Positions 52,236 to 61,288 of a stretch of 64,000 bases of DNA are shown piece after piece. Under the pieces are notes generated by a model. The model was given only the letters and a program-made list of their open reading frames with translations, was not told the origin of the DNA and did not search any database. The stretch comes from Candidatus Rokuibacteriota bacterium (GTDB lineage: Bacteria > Methylomirabilota > Methylomirabilia > Rokubacteriales > CSP1-6), in assembly GCA_003220475.1 (NCBI GenBank), contig QHSO01000015.1:12479-76478 (forward strand), given 5' to 3'. How positions within the stretch are numbered: position 1 is the stretch's first letter; each line of letters starts with the position of its first letter. The position numbers and the translations under genes were made by a program.

Positions 52236-52490
52236 ATGAACCGACTGACGGTCGATGAGCGACGCCGCGCGAACGAGCTCAGACGGCTGAGCACGACGCT
52301 GGGCGCACCGCGAGCCCTCGCGGTCGAGGAGCTGGGCGAGAGAACGGGCGCGGGCTGGGGACGCAATGCGCGCCTCGCGACGCTCATCACGGTGATCCTG
52401 GGCGGAGTGCTGGCGCTCCTCCAGTTGGCGCAAACGCTCTCGCTGCACGGCCCCGGCTCGCTCCTCGACTGGCTGCTGCCTCGGTTATAG
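52236..52490 (+). CDS. small hypothetical protein with one C-terminal transmembrane helix
   Basis: 84 aa. GGAGGAG is the RBS. The transmembrane segment is LATLITVILGGVLALLQLA. Confidence 0.45.
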   Translation: MNRLTVDERRRANELRRLSTTLGAPRALAVEELGERTGAGWGRNARLATLITVILGGVLALLQLAQTLSLHGPGSLLDWLLPRL

Positions 52491-52534
52491 AGACGCGCCA
52501 CGGGTTTCCCGGGGCGCGGCGAACGTTGGGGGGT

Positions 52535-52561
52535 TTGGGGGGCTATTTCGGGGCCCCCCAA
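52535..52561. terminator. GC-rich hairpin between convergent genes (possible bidirectional terminator)
   Basis: TTGGGGGGC (52535-52543) pairs with GCCCCCCAA (52553-52561) across a 9-nt loop. Only a short TTT follows on the plus strand. Confidence 0.4.
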
Positions 52562-52563
52562 TT

Positions 52564-54180
52564 TCATATAGCCAGCGCGTAGCCGTCGCGGCGCGGGTCG
52601 GCGCCTGCCATGAGGGCGCCTGACGCCGGGTCGCGCATCACTCCCTGCCCTCCGCCGACGATCCACGACCAGTCCGCGATCGCATTCACCTCGTGGCCCC
52701 GCTGCGCCAGGCCGTCACGGATTTCTGCCCCGATGCGTGCCTCGGCGTCAATGAGCCGATCGCGGTAGGCTCGCACGCGCGGCGCCTCGATCGCCTCCTG
52801 GACGTTCATCCCGAACTCGAGCACGTTGAGAAGCATCTGCGCGGTCGTTTGCAGAATCCCGTACGAGCCGGGCGTGCCGATCGAGAGGAAAAAGTTCCCA
52901 TCGTCGAAGACCTGGGTCGGCGACATCATCGTGCCGGCCTTGCGTCCGGCGCGCACGACGTTCGGCGACGCAGGATCGCGATCCATCCACTTGAGGATGT
53001 TGTTGAGCACGAGCCCCGTGCCGGGAATGGCGAAGCCCGAGCCGAACGGAACGCCGAGCGTTTGCGTCACCGACACGACCATGCCGCTGGCGTCGGCGCA
53101 CGCGAAGTGCGTCGTGTGCTCGTCGGCGAACTTCGCGGGATGCCCCTCGGCGATCTGGTTCGGTAAGCGCTCGGTATTGTGACGCTCGCCCTCGCTGACG
53201 CCGGCGCGCTTGGGATCGATCCGCGCGCGCTGGCTCTCCGCGTACTTCTTCGAGAGCAGCCCGGTGATCGGCGCCTCGCCGGCGTACGCGTAGGCGAGGC
53301 GATCGGCCGACGCGAGCTTCACCGCCTCGATCAGGTGATGGAGGTAGTCGACGGAGTTGTGGCCCCACGCCTGCAGCTCGTAGCCCTCGAGGATGTTGAG
53401 CGTCTCGAGCATCTGGAAGGCGGAGAACGGCGGCGGCATCGAGTAGATCCGTCGACCGCGATACGTGATGGTCACCGGTTCTCGCCACTCGGGCTCGAAG
53501 GCGGCGAGATCGTCTTCGCCGAGCCACCCGCCGGCCTCGCGTACGGCGCGAGCGATCGTTTTTGCGATCGGCCCTCGATAGAACACCTCGGCGCCGCCCT
53601 CGGCGATCTGGCGCAACGTCGCTGCGAGGTCCTTGTAGGTCACGATGGACCCCGGGCGCAGGGCGCCGTTGCCGAGATAGAGCCGCCCGGCCTCGCGCGA
53701 GCGTGCGAGCGTGGCGCGCGCGGCCTCGAAGAACTCGACGTTCTTGAAGGTCAGCGGGACGCCGCGCTCGGCGTGCTCGATGGCCGGCGCCAGCACGCGC
53801 AGGCGGTCCATCGTGCCGAAGCGGTTGAGCGCCGCCAGCCAGCCGCCGAGGTTGCCCGGCGTCGCGCACGACTTCGGCCCGCCCGCCAGCTCGTCCTCCG
53901 TGCAGCGCGTCGCGTCCGCGGCGCGCGGCGCACGCCCGATGAAGTCCAGGACGTGGCGCTCGCCGCCCCGTGAGATCAGCATCAGCCCGATGCCCGCCGC
54001 ACCGGACATGAACGGCTCGACGACGTTGAGTGTGGCACCGACGGCGACGGCGGCATCGACGGCGTTACCGCCCGCCAGCAGGATCTCGATGCCGGCCATC
54101 GAGGCCAGCGGGTGAGCGGACGTCACGACGCCGCGGCGGCCCATGACGGTCGGACGATACGCGAGACGATGAGGCGGCAT
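52564..54180 (-). CDS. ggt: gamma-glutamyltransferase family protein, no signal peptide
   Basis: 538 aa. The autoprocessing region is TTHFACAD, and GGGQG is present. I chose the ATG at 54180, preceded by AGGAGG. A perfect TATAAT (minus strand, 54220-54225) lies upstream. Confidence 0.9.
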   Translation of the reverse strand: MPPHRLAYRPTVMGRRGVVTSAHPLASMAGIEILLAGGNAVDAAVAVGATLNVVEPFMSGAAGIGLMLISRGGERHVLDFIGRAPRAADATRCTEDELAGGPKSCATPGNLGGWLAALNRFGTMDRLRVLAPAIEHAERGVPLTFKNVEFFEAARATLARSREAGRLYLGNGALRPGSIVTYKDLAATLRQIAEGGAEVFYRGPIAKTIARAVREAGGWLGEDDLAAFEPEWREPVTITYRGRRIYSMPPPFSAFQMLETLNILEGYELQAWGHNSVDYLHHLIEAVKLASADRLAYAYAGEAPITGLLSKKYAESQRARIDPKRAGVSEGERHNTERLPNQIAEGHPAKFADEHTTHFACADASGMVVSVTQTLGVPFGSGFAIPGTGLVLNNILKWMDRDPASPNVVRAGRKAGTMMSPTQVFDDGNFFLSIGTPGSYGILQTTAQMLLNVLEFGMNVQEAIEAPRVRAYRDRLIDAEARIGAEIRDGLAQRGHEVNAIADWSWIVGGGQGVMRDPASGALMAGADPRRDGYALAI

Positions 54181-54291
54181 GGCGAGCCTCCTGAGACGAA
54201 ATCGTGACGGCCTGCGTGGATTATAGGCCAGCGTGACGAACGGATCGGAGCGATCGTCGTTCAATCGGCTCGCAATCGGATCGCGGTTGAC

Positions 54292-55179
54292 TCAGGAACG
54301 CTCGCGCACCAGGCCGCGCAGCCGGGGATCCAGCAGGTCGCGCAGCCCGTCGCCGAGCAGGTTGAGGCCGAAGATCGTCATCATGATCGCGGCGCCGGGA
54401 TAGAGCACGAGCCACGGCGCCTGCTGCAGGTAGAGGCGGCCCTCGGCGAGGATGTTGCCCCAGGACGGCACGTACGGCGGCACGCCGACGCCGAGGAACG
54501 ACAGCGCCGCCTCGGTGAGCACGGCGGCCGCGAACACGAACGAGGCCTGCACGATGACCGGCGACAGGCAGTTCGGCAGCACATGGCGCGCGACGATCAC
54601 CAGGTCGGAGACACCGAGCGCGCGCGCGGCCTCCACGTACGTCGTCTCACGGATGACCAGGACCGAGCCGCGCACGATGCGCGCCACGCGCGGCGCGTAC
54701 ACCACGCCGATGGCCACGATGACGTTGAGGACGCTCGGTCCGAGCGACGCCATCAGCGCGATGGCGAGAATGATGGCCGGAAAGGCCATGAGCCCGTCCA
54801 TGACGCGCATCACCGGGTTGTCGAGTCGCCGCCAGTAGCCCGCGGCGAGCCCGCACACCAGGCCGATGGCGAAAGCGAGCAGCACGACCGCCGCGCCGAC
54901 GAGCAGCGAGAGCCGCGCACCATACACGACACGGCTCCAGACGTCGCGCCCCACGTCGTCGGTGCCGAACCAGTGCGTCGCGCCGGGCGCCGTCAGCCGC
55001 GCCGAGACCTCCATGCGCAACGGGTCGTCCGCGATCAGCGGCGCGAGCACGCCCACCACGGTCGTGATGGCGAGCAACGCGAGGCCCACGACGGTGGCGC
55101 GGCGACGCACCAGGCGCACCAGCCAGAGGGCGCGCCGACGAACCGGCTCCGCGGGCCTGGGCAGCGCCAGGACGCTCAT
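54292..55179 (-). CDS. ABC peptide/nickel-type permease (DppC/OppC/GsiD-like)
   Basis: 295 aa. The N-terminal OppC motif is WFGTDDVGRDVWSR. The EAA loop is TYVEAARALG. Confidence 0.88.
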   Translation of the reverse strand: MSVLALPRPAEPVRRRALWLVRLVRRRATVVGLALLAITTVVGVLAPLIADDPLRMEVSARLTAPGATHWFGTDDVGRDVWSRVVYGARLSLLVGAAVVLLAFAIGLVCGLAAGYWRRLDNPVMRVMDGLMAFPAIILAIALMASLGPSVLNVIVAIGVVYAPRVARIVRGSVLVIRETTYVEAARALGVSDLVIVARHVLPNCLSPVIVQASFVFAAAVLTEAALSFLGVGVPPYVPSWGNILAEGRLYLQQAPWLVLYPGAAIMMTIFGLNLLGDGLRDLLDPRLRGLVRERS

Positions 55180-55231
55180 GGCAGGGCGAGATGAGCCACG
55201 CCGCGGCGCGAACCGAGCGGTGAAATGGTTC

Positions 55232-56176
55232 TCATTGATATCTGACCCGGGGATCGAAGACGACGTACGAGAGATCCACCGCGAGATTGACGAGCATGTA
55301 AATGCCGGCGATGCAGATGACGACGCCCTGGATGACGGGATAGTCGCGCCGCAGCACCGCCGAGATGATCAGGCGCCCCAGGCCGGGAATGTTGAAGACC
55401 TGCTCGACGATCACCGAGCCGGAAATCAGGATCGCGAGCGAGATGCCGATGACGGTCACGGTCGGGATCATCGCGTTCTTGAGCGCGTGCTTGTAGACGA
55501 CGGCACGCTCGCCCAGCCCCTTGGCCCGGCCGGCGACGATGAACTGCTCGCGCAGCACGTCGAGCATCGCCGAGCGTGCGATGCGCGCGATCAGGGCCGA
55601 CTGCACGACGCCCAGCGCGAACGCGGGCAGCGTGAGCGAGCGCAGCGTGCCGAACCAGCCGTACTCCAGCGGCGAGTAGCCGGCGACGGGAAACCACCCG
55701 AGACGGACGGAGAAGAACAGGATCAGCAGCAGGCCCAGCAAGAAGTTGGGAATCGAGATACCGACCAGCGCGCCGGCCATGAGGGCCTGATCCGTCGTGC
55801 CGTCGTGGTGGCGGGCGGCGATCACGCCGGCCGGCACGCCGAGCACCACGGCGATGACCAATGCATAGAGCGTGAGTAAGATCGTCGGCTCGGCGCGGTC
55901 CAGGATCGCCTCGAGCACAGGCCGGCGCAGGAAGATCGACTGGCCCAGGTCGCCGCGCGCCAGGCGGCCGTACCAGCGGAACAGCTGCACGTGGAAGGGC
56001 GCGTCGAGGCCGAGCTGGCGATGCAGACGCGCGATGTCGTCGGGGCTCGCGTCGGGACCGGCGATGATCGACGCCGGATCGCCGGGCGCCACATGGATGA
56101 GCACGAACGCGACAGTCGCGACCACCAGGGCGACCGGGATGAGGGCCAGCAGCCGCCGCGCGATGTACGTCTTCAC
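55232..56176 (-). CDS. ABC peptide/nickel-type permease (DppB/OppB/GsiC-like)
   Basis: 314 aa. The N-terminus is MKTYIARRLLALIP. The EAA-like loop is VAGRAKGLGE. The C-terminus is DPRVRY. Confidence 0.88.
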   Translation of the reverse strand: MKTYIARRLLALIPVALVVATVAFVLIHVAPGDPASIIAGPDASPDDIARLHRQLGLDAPFHVQLFRWYGRLARGDLGQSIFLRRPVLEAILDRAEPTILLTLYALVIAVVLGVPAGVIAARHHDGTTDQALMAGALVGISIPNFLLGLLLILFFSVRLGWFPVAGYSPLEYGWFGTLRSLTLPAFALGVVQSALIARIARSAMLDVLREQFIVAGRAKGLGERAVVYKHALKNAMIPTVTVIGISLAILISGSVIVEQVFNIPGLGRLIISAVLRRDYPVIQGVVICIAGIYMLVNLAVDLSYVVFDPRVRYQ

Positions 56177-56200
56177 CGGCTCAGCGTCGTGGCGTCGGGC

Positions 56201-57745
56201 TCACTTCGACAGCCACACGTTCCAGAGATTCTTCTCGTTCGTCTGACGGTAGCCGTGCACCTCCTTACGGACGGCGTCGAGACCGAAGTAGTCGCCGTAC
56301 TTCACGCGCCCGACGTCCTCGTAGAAGATCTGCTGCACCTTCTCCCACATCGCGCGCCGCTTTCGGGGATCGTTCTCCCGTGCGAGCGCGTCCATCCACT
56401 GCTCCTTGTCCTCGTGACACCACCAGCCCGGCCAGTTGCAGCTCGCGGCGGTGCTGAAGGCCGGCTCGGGATTGAACGTGATGCCGGTCGAGAAGACATC
56501 CCACGCCTCGGGCTTGTTGCGCCGCTGCACGAGCGTGGCCCAGTCCACCACCTGCAGATCGATCTTGAACCCCGCCGCCTCCAGCTGCTGCTTCGCCACG
56601 AGCGCGTTCTTGTACATCCACTGATATTCCTTCGTCGTGATCCAGCGCACGGGCTGGCCCGCGTAGCCCGCCTCCTGCAGCAGCTTCTTCGCCTTCGCGG
56701 GATTCTTCTGGTTGTAGAGGTCGGCCGCCGCGCGCGAGTGCCACTGCGGCTGCTCGGGGAACGACAGACCGGGATCGAGCCGATAAAAGGCCTTGTTGCC
56801 GAAGCCCGCGGCCATGATCGGCTCCATGTCGAGCGTCGCCTGAAACGCCTGGCGGATGCGCTTGTCGCTCATCAGCCCCTGCTTGTGATTCAGGACCGCG
56901 GTGGTCCATCCCTCGGGTTTGATGATCGCCGCAACGACACCCGGCATCGTCTTCATCCGCTCATACTGGTCCTGCTGGATCTGCCATGCGAGGTGATACT
57001 CGCCGGTCTCGACGCCGGCCAGCCGCACGGCGACGTCGGGCACGGGGATGAAGAGGATCTCGTCGACATACGCGGTGCGCCGGCCGCCGAAGCCGTCGGG
57101 CGCGTCGGCGCGCGCGGCGTAGTCTTTGAACCGCGCGAGGCGCACGTGCCGGTCGGGCTTGTGCTCCACGAAGCGATAGGGACCGGTGCCGATGTACTCC
57201 TTGATCGGATTGTCGCCGGCGGCGTCCACGATCTCCTTGGGGTAGATGACGGCGCCGTTGTTCGGGCGCGCCAGGCCCATGAGCAGCGCGCCGGAGGCAT
57301 CCTTCACGTACATCGCCACCGTGCTCGCGTCCTTCGCCTCGACGCCCTCGACGTTCTTCCAGAGCTGCTTACCGGGCGTGGCCAGTCGCCCCCAGCGCTT
57401 GAGCGAGGCGACGACGTCGGCCGCCGTGAGCTCCTTGCCGTTGTGGAACTTCACGCCGCGACGCAGGCGAAAGACATAGGTGCGTCCGTTGTCGGTGACC
57501 GTGTGGCTCTCGACGAGCAACGGGACCGCGTTGTACTGGCGATCATAGGTGTACAGCGTCTCGTAGACATGCCAGGTGATCTGCTGGACGATCACGGCCG
57601 TCGTCGTGTGGACGTCGAGCGTGGGCGGCTCGCCGATCATCGCCACGCGGAACACGCCGCCGGTGCGTGGCTGCTCGGGCTGCTGCGCGGGCGCAGGCAC
57701 GACGAGGGCGAACAGCAGCGCGAGCGTGAGGAGGACGATGGTCAT
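56201..57745 (-). CDS. ABC substrate-binding protein, family 5 (peptide/glutathione/nickel)
   Basis: 514 aa. The signal peptide is followed by GGVFRVAMIGEPPTLD and other SBP_bac_5 patterns. GGAAGGAG is the RBS. Confidence 0.88.
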   Translation of the reverse strand: MTIVLLTLALLFALVVPAPAQQPEQPRTGGVFRVAMIGEPPTLDVHTTTAVIVQQITWHVYETLYTYDRQYNAVPLLVESHTVTDNGRTYVFRLRRGVKFHNGKELTAADVVASLKRWGRLATPGKQLWKNVEGVEAKDASTVAMYVKDASGALLMGLARPNNGAVIYPKEIVDAAGDNPIKEYIGTGPYRFVEHKPDRHVRLARFKDYAARADAPDGFGGRRTAYVDEILFIPVPDVAVRLAGVETGEYHLAWQIQQDQYERMKTMPGVVAAIIKPEGWTTAVLNHKQGLMSDKRIRQAFQATLDMEPIMAAGFGNKAFYRLDPGLSFPEQPQWHSRAAADLYNQKNPAKAKKLLQEAGYAGQPVRWITTKEYQWMYKNALVAKQQLEAAGFKIDLQVVDWATLVQRRNKPEAWDVFSTGITFNPEPAFSTAASCNWPGWWCHEDKEQWMDALARENDPRKRRAMWEKVQQIFYEDVGRVKYGDYFGLDAVRKEVHGYRQTNEKNLWNVWLSK

Positions 57746-57865
57746 TCAACGACTCCTTCCGCGGCCGGCAGGCCGCCCGACGCGCCGAATAGTACCGCAC
57801 CTGTGCGATAGACCTTGTGCTCGACCCCTGGGGACGACGAGCCCGTGCGGCGGCGCGGCCGAGCG

Positions 57866-58834
57866 CTACTTGAGCACGTGCCGGACGGCGGCGATCACAT
57901 CGTCGGCGGCGGGCATCACGAACGACTCCAGCGGCGGACTGAACGGGATCGGCACGTTCGGGGCCGCGACGCGCGCGATCGGCGCGTCGAGCTCGTCGAA
58001 CGAGTCCTCCATGACCACCCAGGCCAGCCACGCGCCGGCGGAGCCGCGCATGACCCCTTCCTCGGCGACGACCACGCGGTGCGTGCGTCGCACGGAAGCG
58101 GCCAGCGTCTCGCGGTCGAGGGGCACGAGGCTGCGCGGGTCGACGACCTCGACCTCGACGCCTTCCTCGGCGAGCCGCCGCGCGGCCTCGAGGCTCTCGT
58201 GCACCATGCGTGCGGTGGCGATGACCGTCACGTCGCGGCCGGGACGCTTGACGTCGGCGGCGCCGAGCGGCACGAGCACCTCGGCCTCGGGCACGTCACC
58301 CACCACGCGGTAGAGCGCGCGATGCTCGAAGACGAGCACGGGATCGGGATCGCGGATCGCGGTCTTGAGCAGGCCGCGCGCGTCCGCCGGCGTGGAAGGG
58401 ATGGCGACCTTGAGGCCGGGAAGGTTCACGAACCACGCCTCGACGGAGTTCGAGTGGTGGCCGCCGCCCGACTTGCCGATGCCATACGGCATGCGTAGCG
58501 TCAGCGGACAGTCGAGCTGGCCGCCGAACATATAGCGCGACTTCGCGATCTGGTTGGCGACCTCGTCCATCGCACAGGTGACGAAGTCGGCGAAATGCAT
58601 GTCCACGACGGGGACGAGGCCGGTCACCGCCGCGCCGAAGGCCGAGCCGACGATGGCGGCCTCCGAGATCGGCGCGTTCAGCACGCGGTCGGGACCGAAC
58701 TCGTCGATCAGGCCCTTCGTGACGCCGAACGGCAGGCCGAGGACAATGTCCTCACCGATGCAGTACACACGCGGATCGCGGCGCATCTCCTCGCGCAGCG
58801 CCAGGTTCAGCGCGTCGCCGAAATCCAGCTTCAT
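57866..58834 (-). CDS. 2-oxoacid dehydrogenase E1 component beta subunit
   Basis: 322 aa. The motifs are LREEMRRDPRVYCIGEDI and APISEAAIVG. A transketolase-like C-terminal domain is present. Confidence 0.9.
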   Translation of the reverse strand: MKLDFGDALNLALREEMRRDPRVYCIGEDIVLGLPFGVTKGLIDEFGPDRVLNAPISEAAIVGSAFGAAVTGLVPVVDMHFADFVTCAMDEVANQIAKSRYMFGGQLDCPLTLRMPYGIGKSGGGHHSNSVEAWFVNLPGLKVAIPSTPADARGLLKTAIRDPDPVLVFEHRALYRVVGDVPEAEVLVPLGAADVKRPGRDVTVIATARMVHESLEAARRLAEEGVEVEVVDPRSLVPLDRETLAASVRRTHRVVVAEEGVMRGSAGAWLAWVVMEDSFDELDAPIARVAAPNVPIPFSPPLESFVMPAADDVIAAVRHVLK

Positions 58835-58835
58835 C

Positions 58836-59816
58836 CTAATCGGCCCACGGATAGTAGGCGAAGAGGTCGTTGAGCGCGTCTTCGCCGCGCGGCAGCGGGC
58901 TGGCCTCGGCGTGCGCGACGGCGTCCTCGATTTCCGCGACGACCGACTCGCGGATGCGCGCCGCGTGCGCGGCGTCCAGCCGCCCGTGCTCGGTCAGCAC
59001 GCGCTCCAGCCGCGCGATCGGATCGCGCCGGCGGCCCTCGTCGACCTCGTCCTTGCCGCGATAGGCCTGCGGATCGCCTTCGAAGTGACCGACCCAGCGG
59101 ATCGTGTGCGCCTCGATGAGCGAGGGACCGTCGCCGCGGCGCGCGCGCTCGACGGCGCGCATGACCGCGTCCCACACGGCGACGACGTCGTTGCCGTCGA
59201 CGCTCTCGCCGGGAATACCGTAGCCGGCGGCGCGCGCGGCGATGCTGCCGCCCGCCGTCGAGCGCGTGTGCGCGGTGGACGACGCCCACCGATTGTTCTC
59301 GCAGACGAACACGACCGGCAGCGTCCAGAGCGCGGAGAGATTCACGCCCTCGTGAAACGGGCCACGGTTCGCGGCGCCGTCGCCGAAGAACGTGACGACG
59401 ACCTGACCGGATCGGCGCTGCTTGATCGACAGCCCGACGCCGGGCGCGACGACGCAGCCCGATGCGAGCACGCCGTTGGCGCCGAGATAGCCGACGGAGA
59501 CGTCGGCGATGTGCATCGTGCCGCCCTTGCCGTGACAGATCCCGTTGGCCTTGCCGTATAGCTCGGCCATGAGGCCGCGCAGCGAGCCCCCTTTGGCGAC
59601 GAGATGGCCGTGACCACGATGGGTCGAGAGCACGTAGTCGTCCGTACGCAGCGCGGCCGCGACGCCGACGGCGACGGCCTCCTGGCCGACGGAAGTATGC
59701 AGGAATCCCGGAATGCGGCCGCGCTGAAACAGCTCGCGGGCGCGCTCCTCGAACAGCCGGACGCGGAGCATCGCCGCGTACATCTCCACCATGAGCTCCG
59801 GGCCGGGCGCGCTCAT
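58836..59816 (-). CDS. 2-oxoacid dehydrogenase E1 component alpha subunit (TPP-dependent)
   Basis: 326 aa. GDGAANRGPFHEGVNLSALWTLPVVFVCENN is the TPP-binding GDG...NN motif. YRGH-like motifs are also present. Confidence 0.9.
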   Translation of the reverse strand: MSAPGPELMVEMYAAMLRVRLFEERARELFQRGRIPGFLHTSVGQEAVAVGVAAALRTDDYVLSTHRGHGHLVAKGGSLRGLMAELYGKANGICHGKGGTMHIADVSVGYLGANGVLASGCVVAPGVGLSIKQRRSGQVVVTFFGDGAANRGPFHEGVNLSALWTLPVVFVCENNRWASSTAHTRSTAGGSIAARAAGYGIPGESVDGNDVVAVWDAVMRAVERARRGDGPSLIEAHTIRWVGHFEGDPQAYRGKDEVDEGRRRDPIARLERVLTEHGRLDAAHAARIRESVVAEIEDAVAHAEASPLPRGEDALNDLFAYYPWAD

Positions 59817-59826
59817 CGCGCGGCGA

Positions 59827-60441
59827 TCATAGCACCGGGCACTCGTTGAGCCGGCGCAGCGCCCACCCGGCGTGATGGCGCTCGAGCACGCTCAACGCGC
59901 CATAGTCCTGGCCCAGCGCGAGCAGTCGTGCGAGCGGCAGGCCGAGGAGCCGGCAGAGCAGTGCCCGATTGGTGCCGCCGTGCGCGACGATCGCGATGGC
60001 CGGCCCGGGCGCCGTCGCGACGATCGCGTCGAACGCCGGGCCCGCGCGCGCCACCAGATCCGGCACGCTCTCGCCCTCGGGAAACGGGAACTCGCCGATG
60101 CGCGTCATCCAGTCCGCGAACGCGTCGGGCTCGCGTGCGCGGATCTCGTCGGCCGTCAATCCCTCCCAGCGTCCCATCGCCATCTCGCGCAGGTCGGGCA
60201 CTTGCGTGGGCGTGAGCCCGTGCGGGGCGCCGATGATCTCGCCGCTGCGACGCGCGCGCACGAGATCACTGGTATAGAGCGCCGCGATCGACGCGCCGGT
60301 GAGTCGCCGCGCCTGCGCGCGGCACTGCGCCTCGCCGCGCGCGGAGAGCGGCACGTCCAGATGGCCGATGAAGCGCCGTGGGTCGGCCTGCGCGACTTCG
60401 CCGTGGCGCAGCAAATAGATCAGAGTCGGGCGTGCGTCCAC
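59827..60441 (-). CDS. cobC: histidine phosphatase family protein, probable alpha-ribazole phosphatase
   Basis: 204 aa. LLRHGE is the RHG catalytic motif, and a VAHGG motif is present. It overlaps cobS by 22 nt. The start is GTG. Confidence 0.75.
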   Translation of the reverse strand: MDARPTLIYLLRHGEVAQADPRRFIGHLDVPLSARGEAQCRAQARRLTGASIAALYTSDLVRARRSGEIIGAPHGLTPTQVPDLREMAMGRWEGLTADEIRAREPDAFADWMTRIGEFPFPEGESVPDLVARAGPAFDAIVATAPGPAIAIVAHGGTNRALLCRLLGLPLARLLALGQDYGALSVLERHHAGWALRRLNECPVL

Positions 60442-61163
60442 GCGGACACCGTCAGCAATACCGCGAGCTCGGCCAGCTCGACGCCGGCGCCGAGAACGTC
60501 ACCCGTTACGCCTCCGAGCCGGCGCGTGAGAAACCCGGCTACCGCGACCGCGCTGCCGACGCCGACGGCGAGTGCCACGACCCCGGCCCACCCGAGGACC
60601 ACGACGGCCACGATGAGGGCGATGCCCAGCGCGGCGGGCGCGGCCGTCCTCGCGAGTCCCGCGGCAAACAGCGCGCCCTGCCCGCCCGCGCGCGCCGGCC
60701 GGAACAGCCGACCGAGCAGGGCCGGCGTCGCGCGCGCGATGACCGCCGCCGCCAGGAGCGCGCGCCAGCGCTGCGCGTGCGGCAGCTCGCTCACCGCGGC
60801 GAGCTCAAGCATCAGGAAGAAGATGAGGCCGATGGCGCCGAAGGCGCCGATGCGGCTGTCGGCCATGATGGCGCGGCGCTCGGCAGGATCGCGGCCGGCG
60901 AGCCCGTCCAGACAGTCCGCGAGGCCGTCGAGATGGAGGCCTCCGGTGAGCAGCTTCCAGACGGTGACCGTCAGGAGCGCGGCCAGCAGCGGCGGAAACA
61001 CACGCGTGGTCACGCCGTCGACCACGGCGAGGACGAGGCCCAGGGCGGCGCCGACCACGGGAAACCACGGCGCGGCCGCGCCGAGGTCCTCGAGGCCGGC
61101 ATGACCGCGACGCGAGACCGGGACGATGGTGAGATAGCGCACGGCCAGCAGGGCGCGCGACAC
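60420..61163 (-). CDS. cobS: adenosylcobinamide-GDP ribazoletransferase (cobalamin synthase)
   Basis: The motifs are YLTIVP, TGGLHLDGLADCLDG and GVTGDVLG. The start is uncertain (GTG 61163 chosen; the ATG at 61229 has a poorly placed SD). Confidence 0.85.
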   Translation of the reverse strand: MSRALLAVRYLTIVPVSRRGHAGLEDLGAAAPWFPVVGAALGLVLAVVDGVTTRVFPPLLAALLTVTVWKLLTGGLHLDGLADCLDGLAGRDPAERRAIMADSRIGAFGAIGLIFFLMLELAAVSELPHAQRWRALLAAAVIARATPALLGRLFRPARAGGQGALFAAGLARTAAPAALGIALIVAVVVLGWAGVVALAVGVGSAVAVAGFLTRRLGGVTGDVLGAGVELAELAVLLTVSAWTHARL

Positions 61164-61214
61164 GGCGCGGATGCTAGCACGCTGCAAGAAATTTACTCGC
61201 CCGCAAGAAGTTGT

Positions 61215-61243
61215 TTGACACGGCCCCATCCTCCACGGACAAT
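61215..61243 (+). promoter_or_regulatory. sigma70-like promoter candidate for pckG
   Basis: TTGACA (61215-61220), a 17-nt spacer, then GACAAT (61238-61243), about 45 nt upstream of the AGGAG RBS and the ATG at 61289. Confidence 0.35.
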
Positions 61244-61288
61244 CGAGGCATCGGGGGGGCGAATCTTCATCGAGCCAGGAGTTCGTCC

